Shown piece after piece: positions 7,201 to 13,955 of a DNA stretch of 32,000 nt; the stretch's first letter is position 1; every line of letters starts with the position of its first letter. The notes below the pieces were generated by a model that was not told where the DNA came from, ran no database searches, and saw only the letters and a list, made by a program, of their open reading frames with translations. Source of the stretch: Candidatus Peribacter riflensis. Lineage in GTDB: Bacteria; Patescibacteriota; Gracilibacteria; Peribacterales; Peribacteraceae. The position numbers and the translations under genes are program-made. The DNA lies in contig CP013062.1 of the NCBI GenBank assembly GCA_001430755.1, positions 330,001-362,000 on the forward strand, read 5' to 3'.

Positions 7201-9166
7201 TCGATCCGCAAAATTCCCCGCCCGGCGTGATAATGCCGCAGCGGACATAGAATTTTCCGGTTGCAGGCTTGCCTAAGTCCGAATCAAGACAACGTGAACC
7301 GAAGAGATAGTTGGCGATATCCACTGTGCAGGAACCACCTCCGCTCGTTGAGCTTCTCTGGGACACATAACAATTGCCACCTACACAAATCTTATCAGAT
7401 GTTATTTCGTACATATAATTCGTCTGTCGCCATTCCTCGTATGGCAACCATGATCCATTCGAAGGCAACACGTAGTGGCCATCCGCCTCTGCTGTAACGT
7501 CAGCAGACAACTTCCAGCGAATCGGCTGGTTGGGGCAATTGTTCGTCCGTGCTTCTGCGAATCCTCCGTCTCCCGCTCCTCCATAGACAACGCAGTGTAT
7601 GCGATTATTATATGATTTGCTTGCGCTCAGATTGAAGCTATCGGGATCAAAGGAAACATTCTGTGCGTCGACGGTGAAGACAAGACCGGAGAGTAACACT
7701 TCATTGAAGTGTTCGCCTTGCACGCCTGTAAATGCCGATCCCACGTAGGGACTTGCACCGTCCTCGGCTGCCGTGAAGGTGAACGAAGAAAGCGGCATTC
7801 CCTTGCGTACCTCCTTTGGGACTGTGCTGACATAGTTATTCGTATAGTTGAATGATTTCAGGTAATCCCCGATCGGCACGCTATCGCCCCCTTGCAGTGC
7901 CCCTGCGCGCTCGATGCGCATCTCCTGCGCATTGGTCATTACTGGATTGCTCGGAATGTGCACCTGTACGGGATAGACGGACTCGATATCGATGTTTTTC
8001 TTCTGCAATGAGTCAAACACCGCGCCCGACTGTTTCCCAACTGCCTTCATGACAGGATCAATCGCATGATTCTCATTCATATTGACGAATACAGTGCGAG
8101 GAGGAGCCATATGCACTGCGTTTTGCCCTATGGTTGGCACAATGATCACTTCCTCTTCCGTTCCGCTCGCAATCGTCAGTTGCTCTGAAAATATAAACCG
8201 CGCGCCTTCGCTGCCGTTCACCAGATTGGGCCGCCCGGGCGCACGCGCGATTGGCAATATTTGACTGCCTTGCCGACGGTACATCGTGTACATTTCAACG
8301 TTGCTGCCGATCTCCTTGTTGCCACAAAAATCATATTGCGCTCCATAAAACATGATCTGGGTATCCAGCTGTTCCAGCACGATATCTTCCCCTTCTGCGC
8401 GGAGTTTCATCGTGAGAATCGGCTTGCCCTCCTGTCCCTTCGTCCAGCGCTCGCCGCACGCGTAGAAATGCGGAATCTGCGTCACGTGAAGACTCCCCGA
8501 TGCAACACTTGGTACGGACGAACTGCTGCTTACGACGCTGCTGCCTTGCACTGCACTTACGCTCAACGCACTCTGCGGCGCAGATTGCGGCACCAGCTTC
8601 ACCGCGTCGGCATTAAACTGCTTCGATTCGCGTGATCCCACAAAGGCCCAGACACGCGATCCGTTGGTGATGGTTGCTGTGCCCAGTTTTACGAATCGCA
8701 CGCCATCCCACACTTGTGTGAGGGGAAAGGACGTGAGCTCACGCTGTTGATTGCGTGCACCAGAGAAAATACGCTTCATGCCGCCGGTGGCGTTTGGCTG
8801 CCAGATTGTATAGAGGACGCTTGTGGCGTTCTGCGCATCCGGCTGCCATGTGACGAAGACATCGTACGTTGCGGGAACGACATGATCGGTATGGAAGACC
8901 GTGTACGATTCCGCTTCGTTATTCGGCTGAACGGTATGTTTGACGTAACTGCCGCGGTAACCGACACCTGTGACGGTCTGCCAGTTCGGGCCGGTCATCC
9001 TGACCGTGATTCCGGGCAGCGCCGTGTTGTCGAAGGTGATTTCGGTGGGTGTTGGCTGTTGCAGCTGGGCGCGCAAGTGCACGATGCCCGTGGTACCGAG
9101 AGCGAGTGTTGCGAGGATGAGCGCGACGCGCATGCGCGGCCCGGTACCTCTGATGAGGGACGACAT
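1277..9166 (-). CDS. Giant secreted multi-domain surface/adhesin-like protein (2,629 aa)
   Basis: Uninterrupted ORF from the track. It has an N-terminal signal-like segment (MRVALILATLALGTTGIVHLRA). Internally repeated modules are separated by long poly-Ser linkers. I saw no recognisable catalytic motif, C-terminal TM helix or LPXTG motif. Confidence 0.9.
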   Translation of the reverse strand: MSSLIRGTGPRMRVALILATLALGTTGIVHLRAQLQQPTPTEITFDNTALPGITVRMTGPNWQTVTGVGYRGSYVKHTVQPNNEAESYTVFHTDHVVPATYDVFVTWQPDAQNATSVLYTIWQPNATGGMKRIFSGARNQQRELTSFPLTQVWDGVRFVKLGTATITNGSRVWAFVGSRESKQFNADAVKLVPQSAPQSALSVSAVQGSSVVSSSSSVPSVASGSLHVTQIPHFYACGERWTKGQEGKPILTMKLRAEGEDIVLEQLDTQIMFYGAQYDFCGNKEIGSNVEMYTMYRRQGSQILPIARAPGRPNLVNGSEGARFIFSEQLTIASGTEEEVIIVPTIGQNAVHMAPPRTVFVNMNENHAIDPVMKAVGKQSGAVFDSLQKKNIDIESVYPVQVHIPSNPVMTNAQEMRIERAGALQGGDSVPIGDYLKSFNYTNNYVSTVPKEVRKGMPLSSFTFTAAEDGASPYVGSAFTGVQGEHFNEVLLSGLVFTVDAQNVSFDPDSFNLSASKSYNNRIHCVVYGGAGDGGFAEARTNNCPNQPIRWKLSADVTAEADGHYVLPSNGSWLPYEEWRQTNYMYEITSDKICVGGNCYVSQRSSTSGGGSCTVDIANYLFGSRCLDSDLGKPATGKFYVRCGIITPGGEFCGSREIATIARGSSEILTLHATVLQPKIDESRPAGVRVFLENSADPAQFTTGIHQSHILWFDGEHDTSYAQHDWKALPKFAWLNQPGLVIEGTRYGTMTIPNDPPVPGTITFDDVQGDESRFRADGNGWSIETGKGYLGTQRRHAAQTSNPGYAFARYFAHTVTTGEYDVYATWDPTLPVTNAAGVIVGQPGKNFPSIAVNQRLDPATFAETRRWEGSIFAKITTAPIIITDGSTVRVYITARETANFVADAVKLVPRGTAPVSSTSSALSVSSSSFSVAPVSSSSSSSSVAPPSSISSAGSSSSSSLSSPAPFCGDGMINQPGEQCDDGNTTNEDSCSGQCLIEASSSSSRRSTVASLHTSLSRVRPQFLQSAEPYLRYQLTVKNTGESRRENASIWIALPSGFNLVRTSLGVARTHPDCTVTGGSVRCTLPPIDAGASVERQIAFSLSTLTTCANILEYPYIVVDGSHTTATGTLTDNITCPTSVTKYPVSNRIRTQTLSDSTRLEYADEAWFNGIGRLLTATQNDNSVLRYREYFDVSDYTFIRTNSVIDRILPSYISFNGMAYVQRSAHPNHCEAQHYYIASADYISFWKSQFEYTSTPLFVCNSGYPQSKGGGSRSQYEIEQVRQENTQETWLIPQARFVDHYNAQGQFVITEEFDKFGVKIGESTTPPPMSSLSSSGNSSISSSSSSSSRSSSSSASSVSSFSSSLHAASGELTFDDEISVSGITNFLTWGPGWSTVEDAGYQEHHRLHAAQPGSLLTTQAGFYTHDLPNGEYDVFTAWQPHAENAYDVNVVVWQRLNGESSYETRIIWAINQQNAPAADIVDGGVPFKKVGRVTITKGDEVVVLIRAPNSKRYTVDAVKIVPTGAPQSSSSIRTSSSSSNTLPSSSSSSSVSSTQAGCVIVLKEAFDATNALVHPTPSFSFTLDGTTTRESSQDGRATFIDVPPGIHAIIEEPRHTWEQTLVDPLQGTVTVQPGPVCATVVFRNKQQAASSSSNSSSYGATMIGPWFPRFSTIDTGQLAGKYASIAVGSDNLPILAYYDQINGDLKVAKCTTPSCESPTITVLDTSGNVGLFAGIALDGNGYPVISYYDQTNKNLKIARCRDRFCTPAIASIRTIDSVGDVGRYSAIVIPSDNLPVISYYSYLSVANGTLKVAKCLDTDCTSTNRKTVFNTGHVGPYTDITIGADGNPVISYMDYTWQRLKYAKCNDAQCSNAFVSPVHNESRSQQHSGMFSQIAMGQDGLPVLAYYNNVARDLEIAKCINPSCSANTIFTSVDGNGGAGNAGEYVSMVIQDGNPLLAYHDGVANTFKIAQCNDATCAQKAIVTLEGNPATWNAQDIGLYTSLAVGPDGIPVVAYYGERYEYSGGQQVNRTTVLKIVKLCRDAACTPKSSSSQSSLSAEEFPADTIVFDDNSPPYTMTGDFRRVQGEGGYNDSYVYHGGGPSPVTRIGWYSDTAFENPVPFDIYATWKPSPGYATDIQYKSKFINENVWQNFDVSVNQKIAPSGSHTWGGVRWQKLGAVTLTGSLSVNIEGPLGAFSVDAVAFVPTGSVSYRSSSSTSCSPTPWASCQMGFTCLATCVNNICQQAAHIDCPAGQQAEYSGACGNPPCYAQCARCVGISSSVTSVPAASSSISSASSASFSSSSLTPVSSSSSSESSATSTPSTLICLAICTHRTQAECALQHPDWIWSAGNVTAQSSWPMRFVQFFGSLLGFADTATETLAQQDPIGCCCPPPPIIVSSSASSSVGPMSSSAETAHSVSSAPSSSSSGIPGDCVHCIGISCAGALPACYVQIGSTSTVCSLYSLSIAGWKECPNVAASSSVSPAVSSASIASTASAASSSSSVSSAMAASSSAGAKIYAYATSYGNAQSYIRPGHTFSHKITIRNTGNAPAYLTLYYTTPPGAAFMSAANCGSTSCVLGTLKPGAIVTKIIAFRTFSTTACNQTLRVQYQIRSLQVPTTINFTGSQQVKC
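1280..1627 (-). other. C-terminal DUF11 / CARDB-like module
   Basis: FSHKITIRNTGNAPAYLTLYYTTPPGAAFMSAANCGSTSCVLGTLKPGAIVTKIIAF. Confidence 0.45.
2550..2985 (-). other. Golvesin C-terminal-like module, copy 4
   Basis: IVFDDNSPPYTMTGDFRRVQGEGGYNDSY...FDIYATWKPSPGYATDIQYKS...VNQKIAPSGSHTWGGVRWQKLGAVTLTG...SVDAVAFVPTG. Confidence 0.5.
3025..4135 (-). repeat. Seven tandem ~45-55-aa propeller-like repeats inside the giant protein
   Basis: There are seven units of G-x-[YF]-x-S-[IL]-A-x-G-x-D-[GN]-x-P-V-[IL]-[SA]-Y-Y...L-K-[IV]-A-[KRQ]-C-x4-C. The Cys pairs read AKCTTPSC, ARCRDRFC, AKCLDTDC, AKCNDAQC, AKCINPSC, AQCNDATC and KLCRDAAC. Confidence 0.75.
4232..4512 (-). other. Possible prealbumin/Cna-B-like fold module
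   Basis: CVIVLKEAFDATNALVHPTPSFSFTLDGTTTRESSQDGRATFIDVPPGIHAIIEEP...WEQT...TVTVQPGPVCATVVFRNKQ. The assignment rests on the pattern only. Confidence 0.3.
4598..5060 (-). other. Golvesin C-terminal-like module, copy 3
   Basis: LTFDDEISVSG...WGPGWSTVEDAGYQEHH...GEYDVFTAWQPHAENAYDVNVVVW...INQQNAP...FKKVGRVTITKGDEVVV...TVDAVKIVPTG. Confidence 0.5.
5865..6140 (-). other. DUF11 / CARDB-like beta-sandwich module
   Basis: LRYQLTVKNTGESRRENASIWIALPSGFNLV...CTVTGGSVRCTLPPIDAGASVERQIAFSL, which has the typical Y.l.V.N.G...a.nv.v.d.lP.g...C...g....C.lg.l.aG shape. Confidence 0.45.
6176..6271 (-). other. Myxococcus-type cysteine-rich repeat
   Basis: FCGDGMINQPGEQCDDGNTTNEDSCSGQCLIE matches the CGDG-x-GE-x-CDDGN-x-DGC-x-C pattern of that repeat family. 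Confidence 0.6.
6437..6885 (-). other. Golvesin C-terminal-like module, copy 2
   Basis: ITFDDVQGDESRFRADGNGWSIETGKGYLG...GEYDVYATWDP...VNQRLDP...WEGSIFAKI...DGSTVRVYI...VADAVKLVPRG. Confidence 0.5.
8588..9040 (-). other. Golvesin C-terminal-like / Xly CBD-like module, copy 1
   Basis: ITFDN...GPNWQTVTGVGYRGSY...ATYDVFVTWQP...SVLYTIW...NQQ...WDGVRFVKLG...ITNGSRV...ADAVKLVP. This follows the family hallmark W..G.Y.V..W...Y.V...NQ...W..LG...G..V...ADAV(R/K). Confidence 0.5.
9068..9166 (-). other. Signal peptide / N-terminal anchor of the giant protein
   Basis: Basic n-region (RGTGPRMR), a hydrophobic core (VALILATLALGTTGIV) and an HLRA|Q site that resembles an AXA cleavage site. Confidence 0.6.
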
Positions 9167-9191
9167 ATGGTATGTGTTGGTAAATCAGGTT

Positions 9192-9220
9192 ATTGTATCA
9201 AAAATGCTCTTTCTGTGCAA
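9192..9220 (-). promoter_or_regulatory. Candidate sigma-70 promoter of the giant gene
   Basis: The minus strand reads TTGCAC (9220-9215), a 17-nt spacer, then TACAAT (9197-9192). An untranslated leader of roughly 20 nt (TSS-dependent) follows, with no SD, before ATG 9166. Confidence 0.45.
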
Positions 9221-9266
9221 TATTTCCGTATTATTGGCTTGTATAAGAGATGGAAATTCTCTCGTT

Positions 9267-9296
9267 TTGGCGCTCCCCGCCAATATTGACTAGAAT
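9267..9296 (+). promoter_or_regulatory. Candidate leuS promoter (leaderless geometry)
   Basis: TTGGCG (9267-9272), an 18-nt spacer, then TAGAAT (9291-9296), followed by 6 nt (CGCGGC) before ATG 9303. There is no SD. Confidence 0.5.
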
Positions 9297-9302
9297 CGCG
9301 GC

Positions 9303-11765
9303 ATGCGTGACGCATTTGACCCCTCCGCCATCGAAGCCAAGTGGCAGAAGAAGTGGGAGGAGGCCCACATCTACGAAACGGATCTCAAGAAGGCCAAAGA
9401 CCCGTACTACTCGCTCGTCATGTTTCCGTATCCGAGCGGGGATAAGCTCCACGTGGGGCACTGGTACAACTTCGCCCCGGCCGACAGTTACGCACGCTTC
9501 ATGCGCATGAAGGGCCATGACGTCATGGAGCCCATGGGGTTCGACGCCTTTGGGCTCCCGGCCGAGAATTACGCCATCAAGAGCGGCATCCACCCCGACC
9601 AGTCCACGCGCTCAAACGTGCAGACGATGGTGAAGCAGCTTCGCCGCATGGGGTGCATGTACGACTGGAGCAAGATGGTCAATACGTCCACTCCTGAGTA
9701 CTACCGCTGGACACAGTGGCTGTTCCTGCAGATGTACGAAAGGAAGCTGGCACTCAAGAAGGAGGCCCCCGTGAACTTCTGCTCCAAGTGCCAGACGGTG
9801 CTGGCGAACGAGCAGGCGCAGGATGGCACATGTGACCGCTGCGGTACGACGGTCATTCAGAAGAATCTGAGTCAGTGGTTCTGGAAGATCACGGACTACG
9901 CTGAACGCTTGCTCGAAGGGCTGGACAATCTGGATTGGCCCGAGAAGACGAAGAGCATGCAGCGAAACTGGATCGGAAAAAAACATGGCATCAACATCAC
10001 CTACGAAGTGGAAGGGACGCAGGAAAAAATTGTCTGCTTCACCACCCGGCCAGATACGAACTTCGGCGCAACGTTCGTGGTGCTTGCCCCCGAACATCCA
10101 TTCGTCCGTAAGGTGTTTGAACGGAAGATTGATCCGACAAAAGGGGAGAATCGTGCGGACCATGTGCGCTGGTACTACGATCAGTCACTCAAGAAGACAG
10201 AACTGGAGCGCCAGGAGGAAGGAACCAAGAAAACCGGGGAATTCACGGGATTTTACGCCATCAATCAGCTCAACGGGTATCGCATGCCCATCTGGGTTTC
10301 AGATTTCGTTCTCGGTGGATTCGGTACCGGGGCCGTCGTAGGAGTGCCCGGCCATGATGTACGCGATTTCGCGTTTGCCCGGGAGTTCAAGCTTCCGGTC
10401 ATCCGTGTTGTTGTGGCGCGCGACGGAGATACTTCACCCATTGAACGTATTGAGCAGGTACAGGAAGCAGAGGGAACGATGATCAATTCCCAATTTCTGG
10501 ATGGCATGAATATTCACGATGCGACGAAGCGCATCATGAGTTATATGGAGGATAAAGGGATGGGACAAATCGTCACCCACTACCGTCTGCGTGACTGGCT
10601 TATCTCCCGCCAGCGCTACTGGGGCGCCCCCATTCCCATCGTCTACGATCCGGAGGGAAAGCCGCATCCGATTCCTGAAAAACACCTGCCGTGGTTGCTT
10701 CCGACGGATGTTGCCTTCAAGCCGACGGGCAAGTCTCCGCTCACCGAGAGCAAGGAGTTCATCAAGCGCACCGAGAAGCTGTTCGGCAAAGGATGGATAC
10801 CCGAGTTCGACACGATGGATACCTTTGTCTGCAGCAGTTTCTATTACCTGCGTTTTCTGGCCGAAGGCGATGAGAGGCGCCTCGTCGATCCCACGATCGA
10901 GAAGAATTGGATGCCCGTCAGCAGCTATATCGGCGGTCCGGAGCATGCATGCATGCACCTAATCTACGCACGGTTTGTGATGATGGCACTCAAAGATTTT
11001 GGCTTCGTGTCACACGAAGAGCCGTTCAAAAAATTAGTTCACCAAGGCCTCATCACGCACAAGGGTGCCAAGATGAGTAAGAGCAAGGGCAATGTGGTGA
11101 GTCCGGATTCCTTCATCGAGCGGTACGGGTCCGATGTCTTTCGCATGTACCTCATGTTCATGGGTCCCTTCACCGATGGTGGCGACTGGAACGATTTGGG
11201 GATCAAGGGAATCGACCGCTTCGTGAAGCGGATGTACGCGCTCTGCACCGAAAAAGTGAACAAAAAAGTTGATCAAGAAAACGTGAGTGCTGCCCTGCAC
11301 CGCACGATCAAGAAAGTCTCTTCAGATATCGAAGGGCTCCGGTTCAATACCGCCATTTCCGCACTCATGGAATTCTTGAACCTCCTCGAGCAGGCAGGGG
11401 GAGTGAACGTCGAAACGGCCAAGATCCTCGTGCGTCTTTTGGCCCCGCTTGCCCCGCATCTCTCTGAAGAGCTATGGGAAGTGCTCGGCGGCCCCTCCTC
11501 CGCCAAGGCTTCGGAGGGCAAGAAAGGGTTCGTCATCGAGCAGAAATGGCCGGCATTCGATGCCGCTCTCACGAAGGCTTCGACACACATCATCGCGGTG
11601 CAGGTGAATGGCAAACTGCGCGGCGAGATCGAGGTGGATGCCGCCACTCCGAAGGAAGAGGTGCTGCAGAAGGCCAAGGCGCATGCCAACGTGCAGAAGT
11701 TCCTCACCGGGAAGGTGAAGAAAGAAATCTACGTTGCAGGAAAGCTTGTGAGCCTGGTGGTGTAA
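9303..11765 (+). CDS. leuS: Leucyl-tRNA synthetase
   Basis: Class I signatures are HVGH (PSGDKLHVGHWYNF) and an exact KMSKS (GAKMSKSKGNVV). Also present are LRDWLISRQRYWG and a CP1 editing-domain-sized insert. Length is 820 aa. Confidence 0.97.
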   Translation: MRDAFDPSAIEAKWQKKWEEAHIYETDLKKAKDPYYSLVMFPYPSGDKLHVGHWYNFAPADSYARFMRMKGHDVMEPMGFDAFGLPAENYAIKSGIHPDQSTRSNVQTMVKQLRRMGCMYDWSKMVNTSTPEYYRWTQWLFLQMYERKLALKKEAPVNFCSKCQTVLANEQAQDGTCDRCGTTVIQKNLSQWFWKITDYAERLLEGLDNLDWPEKTKSMQRNWIGKKHGINITYEVEGTQEKIVCFTTRPDTNFGATFVVLAPEHPFVRKVFERKIDPTKGENRADHVRWYYDQSLKKTELERQEEGTKKTGEFTGFYAINQLNGYRMPIWVSDFVLGGFGTGAVVGVPGHDVRDFAFAREFKLPVIRVVVARDGDTSPIERIEQVQEAEGTMINSQFLDGMNIHDATKRIMSYMEDKGMGQIVTHYRLRDWLISRQRYWGAPIPIVYDPEGKPHPIPEKHLPWLLPTDVAFKPTGKSPLTESKEFIKRTEKLFGKGWIPEFDTMDTFVCSSFYYLRFLAEGDERRLVDPTIEKNWMPVSSYIGGPEHACMHLIYARFVMMALKDFGFVSHEEPFKKLVHQGLITHKGAKMSKSKGNVVSPDSFIERYGSDVFRMYLMFMGPFTDGGDWNDLGIKGIDRFVKRMYALCTEKVNKKVDQENVSAALHRTIKKVSSDIEGLRFNTAISALMEFLNLLEQAGGVNVETAKILVRLLAPLAPHLSEELWEVLGGPSSAKASEGKKGFVIEQKWPAFDAALTKASTHIIAVQVNGKLRGEIEVDAATPKEEVLQKAKAHANVQKFLTGKVKKEIYVAGKLVSLVV

Positions 11766-11772
11766 CTTTGTG

Positions 11773-11802
11773 TGTCATGGTGAGCTCTGTCGAACCATGA
11801 CA
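11773..11802 (+). terminator. Hairpin downstream of leuS (weak terminator candidate)
   Basis: TGTCATGGT (11773-11781) pairs with ACCATGACA (11794-11802), a perfect 9-bp stem with a 12-nt loop. No T-run follows. Confidence 0.3.
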
Positions 11803-11864
11803 TCAGGAACGCGTGCCACCCTTCGACAGTGCTCAGGATGACACGCGTGTTGCAAGCTAGGAGA

Positions 11865-12821
11865 TCACTGCACAGGTGCAGCAACCGGTCCGGGCACGAA
11901 TTTGCCCGCCCTGTCACGATAGAGATCGGGGTCGATCGTGCGTTCGAAGCACACCCGTCCTGTCCCGTGTTCCCAGAAATCCATGCTGCCCGGTTTCATT
12001 GCATAGGAATCGCGGTTCTTGCTAGCAGAATCAGACGTGGTGTCGAACGTGGCACAGAGCGAGAATTTCAGAGCGCTCAGTCGCTCATACCCATACGGCT
12101 CACGTGTATCGGGATCCGATGGGAGCACGAAGCCTGTGAGCGGACTTTGCACTTCACTGAGCGATGCCGGCACTGTGTTCTTGGCGATCCAGAACTCGGT
12201 GACCTGATACTGAATTTGCTGAAGGTCACTGAGTCGTTGCTCGTCGAAGCGCACACGCCGTTGCTCGAAGGGTGAGCCGCTCAGGAAGAATCCGGCGACG
12301 ATGACGACAAGGACGATGCCCGCAAGGCCCCAGCTGACGGTGCGGTTGCCGGAGGTCGGCTGGAAGCTCGTCCGGCGCACATCCCACATTTCGTAACCAA
12401 AGACCAGGCCGGCGACGAGGCCGACGGCAAGGATCTTCAAGAGAAAGCGGACGGTGAGATCCCCATTGAGGAAGTTGAAGAGCAGGGTGATGAGGTCACC
12501 GATGACCACGAGCGCGGCCACGAAGACCGTGAGGTACAGCAGCCACTTGCGGATGCGATACTCAGCCTTTTCCGGATGGCTCGTGAGATCCCGGTGCAGA
12601 AAGCCTGTCGTGAAGGCGAAGGCCGGAAAGAGGACTGTGAGCATGGCCGCGCCCCAGCGGATGGAAGCGCGCACGCCGACCGCATAATCGAGCGGATCGG
12701 GGAACGCAAGATTGATGAACTGGAAGAGGAGCATCAGGCCGCTGATCACGCTCACGTAGAGAGTGACCGTGGCGAGCAGATAGAGGAAGAAGTCGCGCGG
12801 ATAGGTGTGAGAGTCAGACAT
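11865..12821 (-). CDS. DUF5671-like multi-pass membrane protein with an extracytoplasmic C-terminal domain
   Basis: The N-terminus reads PRDFFLYLLATVTLYVSVISGLMLLFQFINLAFPDPL...IRWGAAML...IRKWLLYLTVFVAALVVIGDLITLLFNFLNGDLTVRFLLKILAV...GYEMWDVRR, which matches the remembered DUF5671 pattern. There are 4-5 TM helices. Confidence 0.6.
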   Translation of the reverse strand: MSDSHTYPRDFFLYLLATVTLYVSVISGLMLLFQFINLAFPDPLDYAVGVRASIRWGAAMLTVLFPAFAFTTGFLHRDLTSHPEKAEYRIRKWLLYLTVFVAALVVIGDLITLLFNFLNGDLTVRFLLKILAVGLVAGLVFGYEMWDVRRTSFQPTSGNRTVSWGLAGIVLVVIVAGFFLSGSPFEQRRVRFDEQRLSDLQQIQYQVTEFWIAKNTVPASLSEVQSPLTGFVLPSDPDTREPYGYERLSALKFSLCATFDTTSDSASKNRDSYAMKPGSMDFWEHGTGRVCFERTIDPDLYRDRAGKFVPGPVAAPVQ

Positions 12822-12875
12822 GAGAGAAAGGGGGAAACAGCGGCAGTATACTCCTCTTATTCTGTTCGGGATGGA

Positions 12876-12904
12876 TTGGCGTGTGACCGTGCAAGGAATA
12901 CAAT
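12876..12904 (+). promoter_or_regulatory. Candidate promoter of the M23-domain gene (leaderless geometry)
   Basis: TTGGCG (12876-12881), a 17-nt spacer, then TACAAT (12899-12904), followed by 9 nt before ATG 12914. There is no SD. Confidence 0.5.
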
Positions 12905-12913
12905 GATCCGTCC

Positions 12914-13489
12914 ATGGCTGCCGAATCCCTCTCTATTGTTCCGGCGCTGCGTTTGCCCTTCAATGCCGCGTACCCGGTTCAGATCACTCAGGGTTTCCAT
13001 GGTCCGTTTCACCGGCTCATCGGGCCGCAGCAACTGGACTACGCTCTCGACTTCGGTCTGTCCTACGGATCGATTGTGCGCGCTGCACGCAGGGGGATTG
13101 TGGCTCTGCTGTCGATGGATTCGAATGTGTATTCGTCCGATCCGCAGCCCGATGTCGCAAGGATCCAATTGCTCTCCCGGTTCACGGCGAATTTTATTCT
13201 GCTCGATCACGGCGAATTCCAAACGCTGTATGCCCACCTGCAGAAGGGGAGCCAGCGTGTGGAGCAGGGGCAGGCGGTCGAGGCAGGGCAGGTCCTCGCG
13301 CGTACGGGACGAAGCGGCTGGGTCGGCGATATTCCGAATCTGCACTTTCAGGCGCAACGGTGGACAAAGCAGGATGTGGCGACGGGTCATCGCGGACGCA
13401 CTGCAACGCTTCCGGTTCGCTTTGCTGATTATGATAGGCCGCTTGAGCACGATCAAATCGTCGGGTGCGTGCAGCGGGCGCAGTCCTAA
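12914..13489 (+). CDS. M23/LytM-domain protein (catalytic motif partly degenerate)
   Basis: GFHGPFH...LDYALDF...GSIVRAARRGIV...LLDHGEFQTLYAHLQKGSQRVEQGQAVEAGQVLARTGRSGWVGDIPNLHFQAQR. This has the M23 layout, but NLHF replaces the usual HLHF. No signal peptide is visible. Confidence 0.7.
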   Translation: MAAESLSIVPALRLPFNAAYPVQITQGFHGPFHRLIGPQQLDYALDFGLSYGSIVRAARRGIVALLSMDSNVYSSDPQPDVARIQLLSRFTANFILLDHGEFQTLYAHLQKGSQRVEQGQAVEAGQVLARTGRSGWVGDIPNLHFQAQRWTKQDVATGHRGRTATLPVRFADYDRPLEHDQIVGCVQRAQS

Positions 13490-13947
13490 TTCTGTGATGT
13501 GTCGATGCCACGTTTTTTAAGCTCCGCACAGATTTCCCGTTGCAGGTGATGGAGAAAGAGGACGCGCCGGGGTGCGATGCCAAAATGTCGTGCTGCAGCC
13601 AGACGATGCTGCAGAGTGAGCGAATAGTCATTGTTGGTGAGATCGTGTTCCACGCTCATCATCGGTTCTTCGTGATCGCATCGGTGGATGCAGTAATCCA
13701 TGATGTAGCGCTCGTCTTTGCGCATCAGTGCGATGAGGTGCTGCACATCATCATCGGCTGAAGCACTGGCAACGGAGAGTAATCGCTCACGCAGTTCGAT
13801 CAGCCTTCGTTCCACACGGTCGAGTAGTTCAGAGAGTTTGTATTGTTGTTCGAAGAGGGGCTGATCTCTCGTGGCGGTCGAGATGACACGCCTGATGGTC
13901 GTTTCCACGTCTGCTGCCTTCTCGGCTGCATCGATCACTCCTGCCAT
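13486..13947 (-). CDS. Hypothetical protein (helical, no family recognised)
   Basis: The track ORF 13486..13959 begins at a GTG. I prefer the ATG at 13947 (MAGVIDAAEK...) because a TTGACG-17-TAGTGT promoter sits 8 nt upstream of it. The protein contains CIHRCDHEEP. Confidence 0.5.
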   Translation of the reverse strand: MAGVIDAAEKAADVETTIRRVISTATRDQPLFEQQYKLSELLDRVERRLIELRERLLSVASASADDDVQHLIALMRKDERYIMDYCIHRCDHEEPMMSVEHDLTNNDYSLTLQHRLAAARHFGIAPRRVLFLHHLQREICAELKKRGIDTSQN

Positions 13948-13955
13948 AGCGCGTG

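Noticed and set aside
1302-9166. Dozens of 60-190-aa ORFs on both strands inside the giant gene (e.g. 1854..2369, 2144..2782, 5801..6325, 8714..9289)
   Set aside because: All are nested within one continuous 2,629-aa frame that has coherent repeated domain structure. Their translations are low-complexity mirrors of the Ser-linker DNA (E/R/A-rich).
12576-13520. 314-aa plus-strand ORF spanning the DUF5671-like gene and the M23 gene
   Set aside because: It runs antisense through the membrane-protein gene and out of frame through the M23 gene. The M23 motifs appear only in the 12914..13489 frame.
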